Source of the DNA: an uncultured bacterium
Lineage (GTDB): Bacteria > Patescibacteriota > Minisyncoccia > Moranbacterales > UBA2206
NCBI GenBank assembly: GCA_903841185.1
Contig: CAIMIV010000059.1
Span: forward strand, 32,442 to 96,441
Length of the DNA stretch: 64,000 nt
Reading direction: 5' to 3'
Shown: positions 29,093 to 37,469 of the stretch, one piece after another
How the letters are laid out: every line of letters starts with the position of its first letter
Position numbering within the stretch: position 1 is the first letter of the stretch
The notes under the pieces: model-generated
The model's input: the letters and a program-made list of their open reading frames with translations, nothing else
The model's database searches: none
Told to the model about the DNA's origin: nothing
Program-made: the position numbers and the translations under genes

Positions 29093-29707
29093 TTATTCTG
29101 CTAATTTTTTAATCGCATCCACGATTTCCGGAAAATGCTCTTGACTGAAATGTCCGCGGTCTTGGAAAATAACTTTCTTGGCTTTCGGAAAAACTTGGGC
29201 ATATCTTTCCAAGTCGGAGAAAGGAACAACTGGATCATCCGCAGAGTGGTATAAAAATATTTTTTCAACTTGCTGTTCAAACTTATCCAATGCCTCCGGC
29301 AAAGCAAAATCGCCTAGCGTATAATTGGCGTCCCTGCTCTCAGCGCTGAAAGGTGCGGCTATTAGATAAGCAGCTGATATTTTTACCGGAAATTCATTTT
29401 CCGAAAGATACTTTACTAAAAAACTTCCACCTAAAGAACTGCCGATCAAAATAACTCCATCTCGCAAGAATGGCAAGAATTTTTCAAACCAAATTTTCCA
29501 TTCCACATATTTCGCATTATGATAATTTGGCATCTGTGGATTCAACACTTCCCAGCCCTCTCCCAAGTCATCTTGCAAATTATTTTTCCATTTCTTTTTT
29601 GTTAATATCCTATTCAAATCCGCCGGATACTCTCTCAAAAAGCTTAGATAATCCTCATAGGAATTGAACACATCTCCACCATGGATTGATAAAATTTGTT
29701 TTTTCAT
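29093..29707 (-). CDS. Alpha/beta-hydrolase fold serine hydrolase (RBBP9/YdeN-like).
   Basis: 204 aa. The start IHGG.., the nucleophile elbow GSSLGG, and an acid/His pair near the C-terminus (..HSADDPVVPF..DRGHF). Confidence 0.7.
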   Translation of the reverse strand: MKKQILSIHGGDVFNSYEDYLSFLREYPADLNRILTKKKWKNNLQDDLGEGWEVLNPQMPNYHNAKYVEWKIWFEKFLPFLRDGVILIGSSLGGSFLVKYLSENEFPVKISAAYLIAAPFSAESRDANYTLGDFALPEALDKFEQQVEKIFLYHSADDPVVPFSDLERYAQVFPKAKKVIFQDRGHFSQEHFPEIVDAIKKLAE

Positions 29708-29717
29708 GAAATTTAAA

Positions 29718-30419
29718 TTAATTTTTATCCCGCAGATTTTTTCTTTGATTATACAATCTCTCCGTGAAACCGCCTTGATCTAAAAATTCTTCGCTTAATT
29801 TTTTAAGTTGGCGGTCAAGAAGATAATTCGTTTGATGGATGAGACAAATGAGAACATTGGCGGCAAGTTCTGAGTTTTTTAGATAAGTCTCATAGGTCAT
29901 ATAAGACCTATTTTGAGTATAGGCCAAATTGCGAACTGTTTTTGCCTCTTGTGATTCTTTCGCCCACATAATCAAACCACGTTGACGCAAAAAATCCTCA
30001 TAATCAATCAACAGCTCTTCCAGACTTGCCCGCGCCACGCTGGTCAATTTTATTTCCGTCTTTTTTGAAGTTCCTGCCGCCTGACTGCCCTCGGCAATGT
30101 TTTGTCGGCCACTTCTGGCGGCTTGCACCATTTGATCAGTCGTTCGACTTCGCCTATCAACAAAGGCATCACAAAATTTCACCGTCAAGTCATAGACCAA
30201 AGTTGACATCTGATATGACTGCAAATTACGATAACCGCCATGCGTAAAAAACAACCCATCTTTATTGGACGAATTGGACGCATAGGACGAATCACAATTT
30301 ACCTTATTAGTCGTATTAGCCATATCGCAATTATACCACACAATCAAAAAAGAGAGGATTTGAAACCTCGCTTTTTCTAGTAGCTTACTATTCTTTTTTA
30401 TCCTCCAATTTCTCCACAT
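29718..30419 (-). CDS. Four-helix-bundle protein (TIGR02436/Avd/23S-IVS-protein family) with a C-terminal suffix domain. The start may be the internal ATG at 30323.
   Basis: Family hallmark ..YRNLQSYQMSTLVYDLTVKFCDAF..TDQMVQAARSGRQNIAEGSQ..ARASLEELLIDYEDFL.. Confidence 0.65.
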   Translation of the reverse strand: MWRNWRIKKNSKLLEKARFQILSFLIVWYNCDMANTTNKVNCDSSYASNSSNKDGLFFTHGGYRNLQSYQMSTLVYDLTVKFCDAFVDRRSRTTDQMVQAARSGRQNIAEGSQAAGTSKKTEIKLTSVARASLEELLIDYEDFLRQRGLIMWAKESQEAKTVRNLAYTQNRSYMTYETYLKNSELAANVLICLIHQTNYLLDRQLKKLSEEFLDQGGFTERLYNQRKNLRDKN

Positions 30420-30420
30420 A

Positions 30421-30533
30421 TTTTTTTGTTTGTTCGAGTGTTGTTTTTGGATGGTTTTTGGTGGGCGTGGTGGTTGTTATGTAACTAGTTGCTGGACAAA
30501 TTCAGTCGAGGACCGTCCTCGCTAAATAGCTGC
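30421..30533. repeat. Copy A of a roughly 115-bp direct repeat (about 90% identical to copy B at 31076-31190).
   Basis: tttttttgtttgttcgagtgttgtttttggatg..gtgggcgtggtg..gtaacta..acaaatt..cgaggacc.tcctcgctaa. Read on the minus strand it is a CA-rich leader immediately 5' of the four-helix-bundle gene. Confidence 0.6.
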
Positions 30534-30539
30534 TGCTTT

Positions 30540-30576
30540 TAAAAAAGCCTGTCTCATTGAGACAGGCTTAGAGGAG
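30540..30576 (-). terminator. Rho-independent terminator for the 115-aa gene.
   Basis: Minus strand: gcctgtctc-aatg-agacaggc followed by TTTTTT. Confidence 0.55.
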
Positions 30577-30591
30577 TGGAACAAGTTGGCA

Positions 30592-30939
30592 TTATACTGG
30601 CGAATTCGCAAAGCGTTCCGCCCACGCAATCCAACCAGCGGTATCCCTCAAATCTTGCGGGCCACCCTTATCAGGATCGACTTTTATTTCAATCCTATTG
30701 AGAAGCTGTCCCCAGGCAATAAACACCTCTTCCTGAATTGCTTCGATATCAGTAGCAGGTTTTTCTGCTTGAAGGTGTTTGATTATTGGACCAAGCGCTT
30801 CACACCCCTTTGAAAAAAGCATCTTTTGAGCGTGCGATCGCCAAAATCTCGCCCGAAGAGAATGAACGTCATAAACTATATCAGATTCGAATCTCTTGAT
30901 AAGCTCGGGGAAATTCATTTCCTCAACTCTTTTTCCCAT
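30592..30939 (-). CDS. Hypothetical protein, GC-richer than its neighbours.
   Basis: 115 aa, no motif. Has its own leader (repeat copy B) and terminator. Confidence 0.45.
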   Translation of the reverse strand: MGKRVEEMNFPELIKRFESDIVYDVHSLRARFWRSHAQKMLFSKGCEALGPIIKHLQAEKPATDIEAIQEEVFIAWGQLLNRIEIKVDPDKGGPQDLRDTAGWIAWAERFANSPV

Positions 30940-31075
30940 GATGAAGCTCCTTTTTGAAAAGATTTAAAAACCAAGGAATTATGTTTAAGATACTAGTCTA
31001 AGTGAATCATAGTGCCTTGATATTGTCAATGAAAACAGGCATGTCGACATAATAACTATCAACCAGACCACACAT

Positions 31076-31190
31076 ATTTTTTTGTTTGTTCGAGTGTTGT
31101 TTTTGGATGCTTTTTAGTGGGCGTGGTGATTGCTGCGTAACTAATTACTGAACAAATTTAGCGAGGACCTTCCTCGCTAAGCAGTCTTTG
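31076..31190. repeat. Copy B of the 115-bp direct repeat.
   Basis: Aligns end to end with 30421-30533, with about 12 mismatches and one 1-bp indel. Confidence 0.6.
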
Positions 31191-31241
31191 TGGGTGTCAT
31201 GATATTTGCTGGATAGTTGAGGATAATCCTCAACTAGAATG

Positions 31242-31466
31242 TTATTCAGGACCATAAGCTCCTGGTTGATAATCAGAATCAGACTCATTATTTAATTCCT
31301 CATAATAGCAATCTTCACTTTTAGGATTAATATCACACGCAGAAGGTTTCCTTTCTTTGGTAAAATCAGAATATATAAAATATGCCGTAATTATAGCAAA
31401 AAATATTATTGCCATGGCTTCTAAAATATTATGTTTAGTTACTTTCATATTATTATGAATTTTCAA
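31242..31466 (-). CDS. Hypothetical small membrane-anchored protein.
   Basis: 74 aa, one N-terminal TM, an acidic C-terminal tail. Confidence 0.35.
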   Translation of the reverse strand: MKIHNNMKVTKHNILEAMAIIFFAIITAYFIYSDFTKERKPSACDINPKSEDCYYEELNNESDSDYQPGAYGPE

Positions 31467-31623
31467 AATATTTAAAAATAAATCTACTTTAAAACTAGCA
31501 TTTTTTAGCGCAAAAGCAAAGTTTTAGGTTAAAATAGAATCACTCTCGATAGTCACTGGTCTTATTTACATAAAAATTATATTATTATAGGTACATTATA
31601 AAAAATTATACTCAAAATATATT

Positions 31624-32328
31624 ATGGATTGTGTATTCACAGCAAATACGCCAAATAATAAAATTACGCTATTAAAAATTAAGGAAACAAAAAATTCTCA
31701 GAATAATAATTTTTCTGACCTGCTTTTAATATTTCCTGGATCTAGAAAATATTCATTTGATACTGGTTTAAAAAAACTAATGTCTGACAGTGAACTCGTA
31801 TATGAAGATTCTGCAAACCAGCATACTTCTATTCATTACAATCCAGTGGACGATAATATAGTTATCAAAAAAACTTACAAAGATGAATCTCAGCAAACAG
31901 AAAATATATTTCAATTACACAAAAATTCTGGAATGAAAAGAGATAAATTATTTGTGCCAATTTTATTTAGAAGTTACGGAAATACTCACACAGATAAATT
32001 TAAATATGTAGAAAAAGCTAACTACAAAGAAGTGCTGTTGGATTTTTTATACAATCCCGATTGTGATACATTGCAAATTATGTTAGTTGTTTCCTTAATT
32101 GAAAAAGATTATTTTTCTGACATAGAATTTCCAGCCAACTCTATTTCGTATGATTTTAAAAATTTTAAAGTGACTTTAATTTATAAATTTTTCAACAGGC
32201 CATCACTGCCCCAAAGTATAAATTTTACTCCTATGATAAAGACTGGTCTGGATTGGTGGGAAGTAAATAATCTAGTCACGGATATAACACTTTTATACAG
32301 CGAATATTACTTCAAAAAATATAAATAA
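31624..32328 (+). CDS. Hypothetical protein. Very AT-rich and the only plus-strand gene in a 20-kb minus-strand run.
   Basis: 234 aa, N/K/Y-rich composition. Followed by a strong terminator. Confidence 0.45.
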   Translation: MDCVFTANTPNNKITLLKIKETKNSQNNNFSDLLLIFPGSRKYSFDTGLKKLMSDSELVYEDSANQHTSIHYNPVDDNIVIKKTYKDESQQTENIFQLHKNSGMKRDKLFVPILFRSYGNTHTDKFKYVEKANYKEVLLDFLYNPDCDTLQIMLVVSLIEKDYFSDIEFPANSISYDFKNFKVTLIYKFFNRPSLPQSINFTPMIKTGLDWWEVNNLVTDITLLYSEYYFKKYK

Positions 32329-32335
32329 CATGAGA

Positions 32336-32373
32336 TAAAAAAAAGAGCGAGGCAAACGCCTCGCTCTTTTTAA
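32336..32373. terminator. Bidirectional rho-independent terminator, serving both the plus-strand gene and dnaK.
   Basis: A-run, agagcgaggc-aaac-gcctcgctct, T-run. Confidence 0.7.
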
Positions 32374-32379
32374 AGTTTG

Positions 32380-34305
32380 TTATTCTTTTTTCTCTGCTCC
32401 GTCATCCGCGGATGACTTAGGCTCTTCAGGCTTCTCTGTTTCAGCTTCCTTCGCCTCGCCCGTAGCTTCAGCGGAGGCGGGTCCGGCTGCATCTGGAGTT
32501 GGCTGGGATGCCTTGTAGAGTTCTTCCCCGATCTTTTGCGCTTCGGTGGAAAGCTCTTCAGTGGCTTTCTTGATGGCTTCAAAATCTTCGCCATCCTTCA
32601 CCTTCTTCAAGGCTTCCACTTTCTCTTCGACTGGTTTCTTTTTGTCAGCCGAAACTTTGTCTCCGGCGTCCTTCAAAGCTTTTTCGGTGGTGAAGATGAG
32701 AGTGTCGGCCATATTTTTGATTTCCACATTTTCCTTTTTCTTTTTGTCCTCGTCCGCATGCGCTTCCGCGTCTTTCTTCATTCTTTCGATTTCTTCTTTG
32801 GAAAGTCCGGTAGAAGCTTCGATGCGGATGGATTGTTCTTTGCTCGTGGCCTTGTCCTTGGCTTTCACGCTCAGGACACCATTCGCATCAATGTCGAAGG
32901 TCACTTCGATTTGCGGGATGCCTCGAGGAGACGGTGGAATGCCGTCCAAAATAAATCTACCGAGTGATTTGTTGTCTGCAGCCATTTCTCGCTCCCCTTG
33001 CAACACATGGATTTCAACAGATGGTTGATTGTCAGCTGCTGTGGAGAAGGTTTGTGATTTAGCGGCCGGGATAGTCGTATTCCTGTCGATAAGTGGAGTT
33101 CGAATTCCGCCCATGGTTTCAATCCCAAGTGTGAGTGGTGTCACGTCCAGAAGCAGCACATCTTTCACATCTCCTTGTAGCACGCCACCTTGGATGGCAG
33201 CTCCAAGAGCCACCACTTCGTCCGGGTTCACAGAAATATTCGGTTTCTTGCCAAAGAATTTTTCAACTACTTGCAAAACTAATGGCATTCTGGTCATTCC
33301 TCCAACCAAGATCACTTCGTTGATGTCAGCTACAGTCAGTTTCGCATCAGCCAAAGCTTTCTTAGTGGGCTCCAAAGTCTTTTGGACCAGGTCGCCAACG
33401 AGGTCTTCCAATTTGGCGCGAGTCAGTTTCATCACGAGATGCTTTGGACCGTTGGCATCCGCAGTGATGAAAGGTTGATTGATTTCAGTTTCCATAGCAG
33501 TGGAAAGTTCAATTTTCGCTTTCTCCGCTGATTCCTTGATTCTCTGCAGTGCCAAAGGATCTTTTGACAGGTCAACACCTTCTTGTTTTTTGAATTCATC
33601 AATAATCCAGTGGATGAGCACTTGGTCAAAGTCGTCGCCACCTAGATGAGTGTCGCCGTTAGTGGATTTCACTTCCACGGTGTCTTCGGAAACTTCCAAA
33701 ATGGAAATATCAAAAGTTCCACCTCCGAGATCATAGACCGCAATTTTCTCATCTTTCTTTTTATTGAAACCATAGGCCAGAGCGGCTGCGGTCGGTTCGT
33801 TGATGATGCGCAAAACTTTCAGTCCGGCAATTTCTCCCGCTTCGATGGTGGCTTTTCTTTGGGAGTCGTCAAAGTAGGCCGGCACGGTGATGACCGCTTC
33901 GGTGATGGGTTGCCCCAATTTTTCTTCGGCATCGGCTTTCATTTTTGACAAAATCATGGCGGAAATTTCTTGTGGCGTATATTCTTTGCCACCCATCAAA
34001 ATTTTCACCCCTTCGCCGGATTTTACAATCTTATACGGCATAGTTTTCATATCCCGCGCCACTTCGGCGTCATCAAAATGTCTTCCGATCAAACGCTTGA
34101 TAGAAAACAAGGTGTTCTCTGGATTAGTCACCGCCTGGCGTTTTGCCAAAAGCCCGACCAATCTTTCATTAGTTTTTGACATTGCGATCATTGAAGGAGT
34201 GGTTCGCACACCCTCTTTGTTTTCCACAATGACTGGACTGCCCCCCTCCACGATTGCCATCGCAGAGTTGGTCGTACCGAGATCGATACCTAATACTTTT
34301 CCCAT
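32380..34305 (-). CDS. dnaK: Molecular chaperone DnaK (Hsp70).
   Basis: 641 aa. [16 protein letters not shown], and an EEVD-less acidic C-terminus. Confidence 0.95.
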   Translation of the reverse strand: MGKVLGIDLGTTNSAMAIVEGGSPVIVENKEGVRTTPSMIAMSKTNERLVGLLAKRQAVTNPENTLFSIKRLIGRHFDDAEVARDMKTMPYKIVKSGEGVKILMGGKEYTPQEISAMILSKMKADAEEKLGQPITEAVITVPAYFDDSQRKATIEAGEIAGLKVLRIINEPTAAALAYGFNKKKDEKIAVYDLGGGTFDISILEVSEDTVEVKSTNGDTHLGGDDFDQVLIHWIIDEFKKQEGVDLSKDPLALQRIKESAEKAKIELSTAMETEINQPFITADANGPKHLVMKLTRAKLEDLVGDLVQKTLEPTKKALADAKLTVADINEVILVGGMTRMPLVLQVVEKFFGKKPNISVNPDEVVALGAAIQGGVLQGDVKDVLLLDVTPLTLGIETMGGIRTPLIDRNTTIPAAKSQTFSTAADNQPSVEIHVLQGEREMAADNKSLGRFILDGIPPSPRGIPQIEVTFDIDANGVLSVKAKDKATSKEQSIRIEASTGLSKEEIERMKKDAEAHADEDKKKKENVEIKNMADTLIFTTEKALKDAGDKVSADKKKPVEEKVEALKKVKDGEDFEAIKKATEELSTEAQKIGEELYKASQPTPDAAGPASAEATGEAKEAETEKPEEPKSSADDGAEKKE

Positions 34306-34597
34306 ATTTTTTTATCCAGTTGCCGTGTGATTCAATATCACACCAATCAACTATGATTTATTAATTTATTATTTATCCCGTCAAATTTTCGTAAGAAAAT
34401 ATTTGACTGGGACTTATATTATTTACCCAGTTAAATTTCCACTGAGTGGAACCTATTTAACGGGGTCAATTTCAATTTCCAAATCGATTTAGAAACTGAA
34501 AGGATAATATAATAGACCTGTTGACAAAAACCTTATTTTCTGCTAAATTCAAGATAGTTTTTTAACCTATCACCCTCTATATGCAAGGAGACGCACT

Positions 34598-34747
34598 ATG
34601 ATTATCACAGTAGCAGAGTACATCACCATTGTTGCAGAAAGGTTGCATGAGGCAGAAGAAAGAGTAGAGCTTGCCATGATATGTTTTGGCAGAAATTTCA
34701 AAGCTATTCAAAATTTTCTTCTCCAGAACCGCGGGTGTTGCTTATAA
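34598..34747 (+). CDS. Candidate 49-aa small ORF, antisense-oriented, in the grpE-dnaK spacer.
   Basis: AAGGAGA RBS 7 nt upstream of the ATG. Downstream hairpin ccctcaa..ttgaggg plus CTTTTTTTATTTT at about 34772-34820. No homology recognised. Confidence 0.25.
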   Translation: MIITVAEYITIVAERLHEAEERVELAMICFGRNFKAIQNFLLQNRGCCL

Positions 34748-34878
34748 TAACCCATCACGCGGTTTAACCCCTGCCCCTCAATCGAGATTATCATTTCTCA
34801 GTTGAGGGCTTTTTTTATTTTCAATGAACTTTCTGGACTCTAGAATATCTATAGAAAATCATTTATCTTTTTAGAATG

Positions 34879-34934
34879 TTGGACACTGGGTGTCTCCAAC
34901 CTTCATGTCCTATTGGACACCCAGTGTCCAAGTG
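34879..34934. promoter_or_regulatory. Pair of palindromes TTGGACAC-N3-GTGTCCAA immediately downstream of grpE and upstream of dnaK.
   Basis: ttggacactgggtgtctccaa at 34879-34899 and ttggacacccagtgtccaa at 34913-34931. The two copies are in mutually inverted orientation. Confidence 0.4.
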
Positions 34935-34940
34935 TCAGCC

Positions 34941-35531
34941 TTATTCTACTATCACTCGTGAGGCTCGAATAATCTTATCGCCTATCATATAACCACGCGT
35001 CACCACCTGTTTTATCTTATTGTTAAATTTGTAATCTTTCGTTTTGCAACCCTTGCATTCCATATCTGCTACCGCTTCGTGCATCGCTGGGTCAAAATTG
35101 TCACCCACTTTCACCGCCATTTCTGTTACGCCGTTGTCCGTCAAAACTTGCTCGAGTTGTTTTTGAATATACATGATGCCTGTCACCCACGGATTGTTTT
35201 TCTGGTCTTCGGGAATGTGCGCGGTGGAAGCTTGAAAATTATCAATCACCGGCAAGATTTGCAAAACGATGCTCTGAGTGCTGTAGCGCAACAAATCTTT
35301 TTGAGATTCCGCCTGCCGCTTTTTGAAATTTTCAAAATCCGCCTGACACCGCTTCCAACCGTCCAGATATTGCACTACCAAATCCTCCGTATCCACCCTT
35401 GATTCTTCTGTATTAACCTCCTCTTGCTCCGCCGTTGATTCATTGGAAATTTGCGACTCCTCCACCACATCCTCTTCGATTATCTTATCTTCTTCTCTAT
35501 TTTTTTCCTCTTCCACGTTTTTATTTTTCAT
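34941..35531 (-). CDS. grpE: Nucleotide exchange factor GrpE.
   Basis: 196 aa. Acidic N-terminus, coiled coil, and the C-terminal ..VTRGYMIGDKIIRASRVIV. Confidence 0.85.
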   Translation of the reverse strand: MKNKNVEEEKNREEDKIIEEDVVEESQISNESTAEQEEVNTEESRVDTEDLVVQYLDGWKRCQADFENFKKRQAESQKDLLRYSTQSIVLQILPVIDNFQASTAHIPEDQKNNPWVTGIMYIQKQLEQVLTDNGVTEMAVKVGDNFDPAMHEAVADMECKGCKTKDYKFNNKIKQVVTRGYMIGDKIIRASRVIVE

Positions 35532-35548
35532 ATGATTATAAATCTTTT

Positions 35549-36310
35549 TTATCTTGTTAATATGTTAACATGTTGGAATGCTGGTATGACAATTATTATT
35601 ACACTCGAGACACTCAACATCTTTCGTACATAATCCAGCAAAGACTTGTTTTCCGCATATTTCATCCGTTTGGGCCCGATGATGGCCAGCACCCCTTTTT
35701 CACCGGACTTGGTGGTGTAGGGCGAGACTACCATGGAGCAATTGGAGATGCCTTTGATGGGATTGTCCTTGCCGATGAAAATCTTGGTTTCATTGGTCTT
35801 CACCGAAGCCAGAATCATATCCACATTCTCATCAATGAAATCCAGAGCCTCCACTACTTTGCAAAATTCATCCACTTCGCGAAACTCCGGCTTTTCCAGC
35901 AGTTCCCGAATACCGAATTCTGAAAAATCTTTTTCCATCGAGCTGATAGCCAGATTGCCACTCATGCCGGAAAGCAACTTGGCAGTCGTGCGGGAAAGGC
36001 GCTGGTGTTGCGCGCGTAATTTCAACAATTCCGTTTGCAATTTTTTCTGATCAGCCAGAGACATTTCTTGGTCGCCCATAATCTCCTCCACGAAATAGCG
36101 GTAGCCTTTGTCGGTGGGAATGCGCCCGGCGCTGATATGCGGCTGGTGCAAAAAGCCCTCCGCTTCCAGTTTCACCATATTGTTGCGGATAGTGGCCGGA
36201 CTGAGGTCAAATTTATATTTTTCCACCAAAATCTTCGACCCCACCGGGATGGCTGATTCGGTGTATTCTTCAATCACCGCCGCTAAAATTTCTTCTTGTC
36301 TTTTATTCAT
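35549..36310 (-). CDS. hrcA: Heat-inducible transcription repressor HrcA (short form).
   Basis: 253 aa. Winged-helix N-terminus ILAAVIEEYTESAIPVGSKIL..LSPATIRNNMVKLEAEGFL. Confidence 0.85.
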   Translation of the reverse strand: MNKRQEEILAAVIEEYTESAIPVGSKILVEKYKFDLSPATIRNNMVKLEAEGFLHQPHISAGRIPTDKGYRYFVEEIMGDQEMSLADQKKLQTELLKLRAQHQRLSRTTAKLLSGMSGNLAISSMEKDFSEFGIRELLEKPEFREVDEFCKVVEALDFIDENVDMILASVKTNETKIFIGKDNPIKGISNCSMVVSPYTTKSGEKGVLAIIGPKRMKYAENKSLLDYVRKMLSVSSVIIIVIPAFQHVNILTR

Positions 36311-36398
36311 GTTTCTACGAATTACGAATCAAATACAAATATACTAATATACGAAATTTTATATGTATTTTATCTTACATTCGTATTATAATTCCTCG

Positions 36399-36425
36399 TT
36401 AGCACTCTGTCAAGTCGAGTGCTAA
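36399..36425. promoter_or_regulatory. CIRCE operator (HrcA binding site).
   Basis: TTAGCACTC-tgtcaagtc-GAGTGCTAA, a perfect 9-N9-9 inverted repeat 89 nt upstream of the hrcA start. Confidence 0.85.
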
Positions 36426-36486
36426 TTTGTTATTTTACCTTGTAAAATAGGGCTTTAGCGGTGCGTAACTGGCTTTCAGAAAATTT

Positions 36487-36519
36487 TAAAGGCTTGATGA
36501 ACATTATTCATCAAGCCTT
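36487..36519 (-). terminator. Strong hairpin (14-bp stem) downstream of the 127-aa gene.
   Basis: aaaggcttgatgaa-catta-ttcatcaagccttt. The T-run is weak. Confidence 0.4.
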
Positions 36520-36592
36520 TATCGCTAAGAAGCGGATTGGAGTTGATAATATATATCACTCACCTATCTAATTCTGTAGACGTGGGTCTTTA

Positions 36593-36976
36593 TCAGCAGA
36601 TCTCAATGGCAGCTGCCCGGTCAATATCAAAAGCAAATCTTTTTAATCCAGCATTGGATTGGATGGTTTTTATTTCATCTGGCTTAAAAGAAAAACCTTC
36701 TTTAACCCTTCTCCTCATGAGCTTACTCGGCATACAATGCTCCTTCGTGACACATTGCATTGATTTTTGTGTGCATTTGAATCTGCAATCTTCACATACG
36801 GGGTCTTCCTCACTATAAAGATTCTCCCGAACATACAATGTTATCCCGAGACCATGCTCATTGATAGCCAAATTATCCGTATGCAAACATAAAACAACTG
36901 GATGATAGTACGCATTCACACTATCGGATAAAGACATCTCCTTTCTTTCAAAACCAGACTTTCCACCATTTGCCAT
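36593..36976 (-). CDS. Hypothetical Cys-rich protein.
   Basis: 127 aa. CEDCRFKCTQKSMQCVTKEHC cluster, no match recalled. Confidence 0.35.
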   Translation of the reverse strand: MANGGKSGFERKEMSLSDSVNAYYHPVVLCLHTDNLAINEHGLGITLYVRENLYSEEDPVCEDCRFKCTQKSMQCVTKEHCMPSKLMRRRVKEGFSFKPDEIKTIQSNAGLKRFAFDIDRAAAIEIC

Positions 36977-37098
36977 TTGTGAACTCCTAAGGTTAAGGTT
37001 GAAAAAATACTGCTTTTTGATGTTTATGGAGAACGATTCCCCACAGCACCGAATACTGCCTTTTGCTACAAATAAAAAGAGCTATTTCTATATATAAA

Positions 37099-37347
37099 CT
37101 ATTTTTTCAATTTTTTCGGCACAGGATCATAACCGCCTTCGTTCCAGGGGTGACACCGTGAAATCCGCTTGGAACCCATCCAAATGCCTTTAAAAATCCC
37201 ATATTTCTCAATCGCCTGGTAGGTATATTCGCTGCAGGTCGGATGAAAACGGCACCCCATCTGATGCGGAAACTTGCTCAAGATGCCATGGTCAAAGGAC
37301 AAAGTTTTCTGATAGATGCGAATAAGAGCTAGGATGATTTTTTTCAT
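37099..37347 (-). CDS. yidD: Membrane protein insertion efficiency factor YidD. The start is trimmed to MKKIILAL.
   Basis: ..[36 protein letters not shown]. Confidence 0.8.
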   Translation of the reverse strand: MKKIILALIRIYQKTLSFDHGILSKFPHQMGCRFHPTCSEYTYQAIEKYGIFKGIWMGSKRISRCHPWNEGGYDPVPKKLKK

Positions 37348-37469
37348 ACTCCTCATTCTAGCGCAATGGCTTCTTTTGTCAATCATTTTTTTCTGATATA
37401 ATAAAATAAACACCTTAACATATTAGCATGTCAACATCTTAACAATATAACCATTTACAATATACCCTT

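Noticed and set aside
29718-31190. Interpretation of the four-helix-bundle gene plus 115-bp repeat pair as an active diversity-generating retroelement.
   Set aside because: There is no reverse transcriptase in the window. Neither repeat copy overlaps the 3' end of a target ORF. Only some mismatches fall at adenines of one copy. I kept it as a low-probability alternative in the findings.
32536-34330. A set of plus-strand ORFs (62-160 aa) inside dnaK.
   Set aside because: They are antisense to dnaK.
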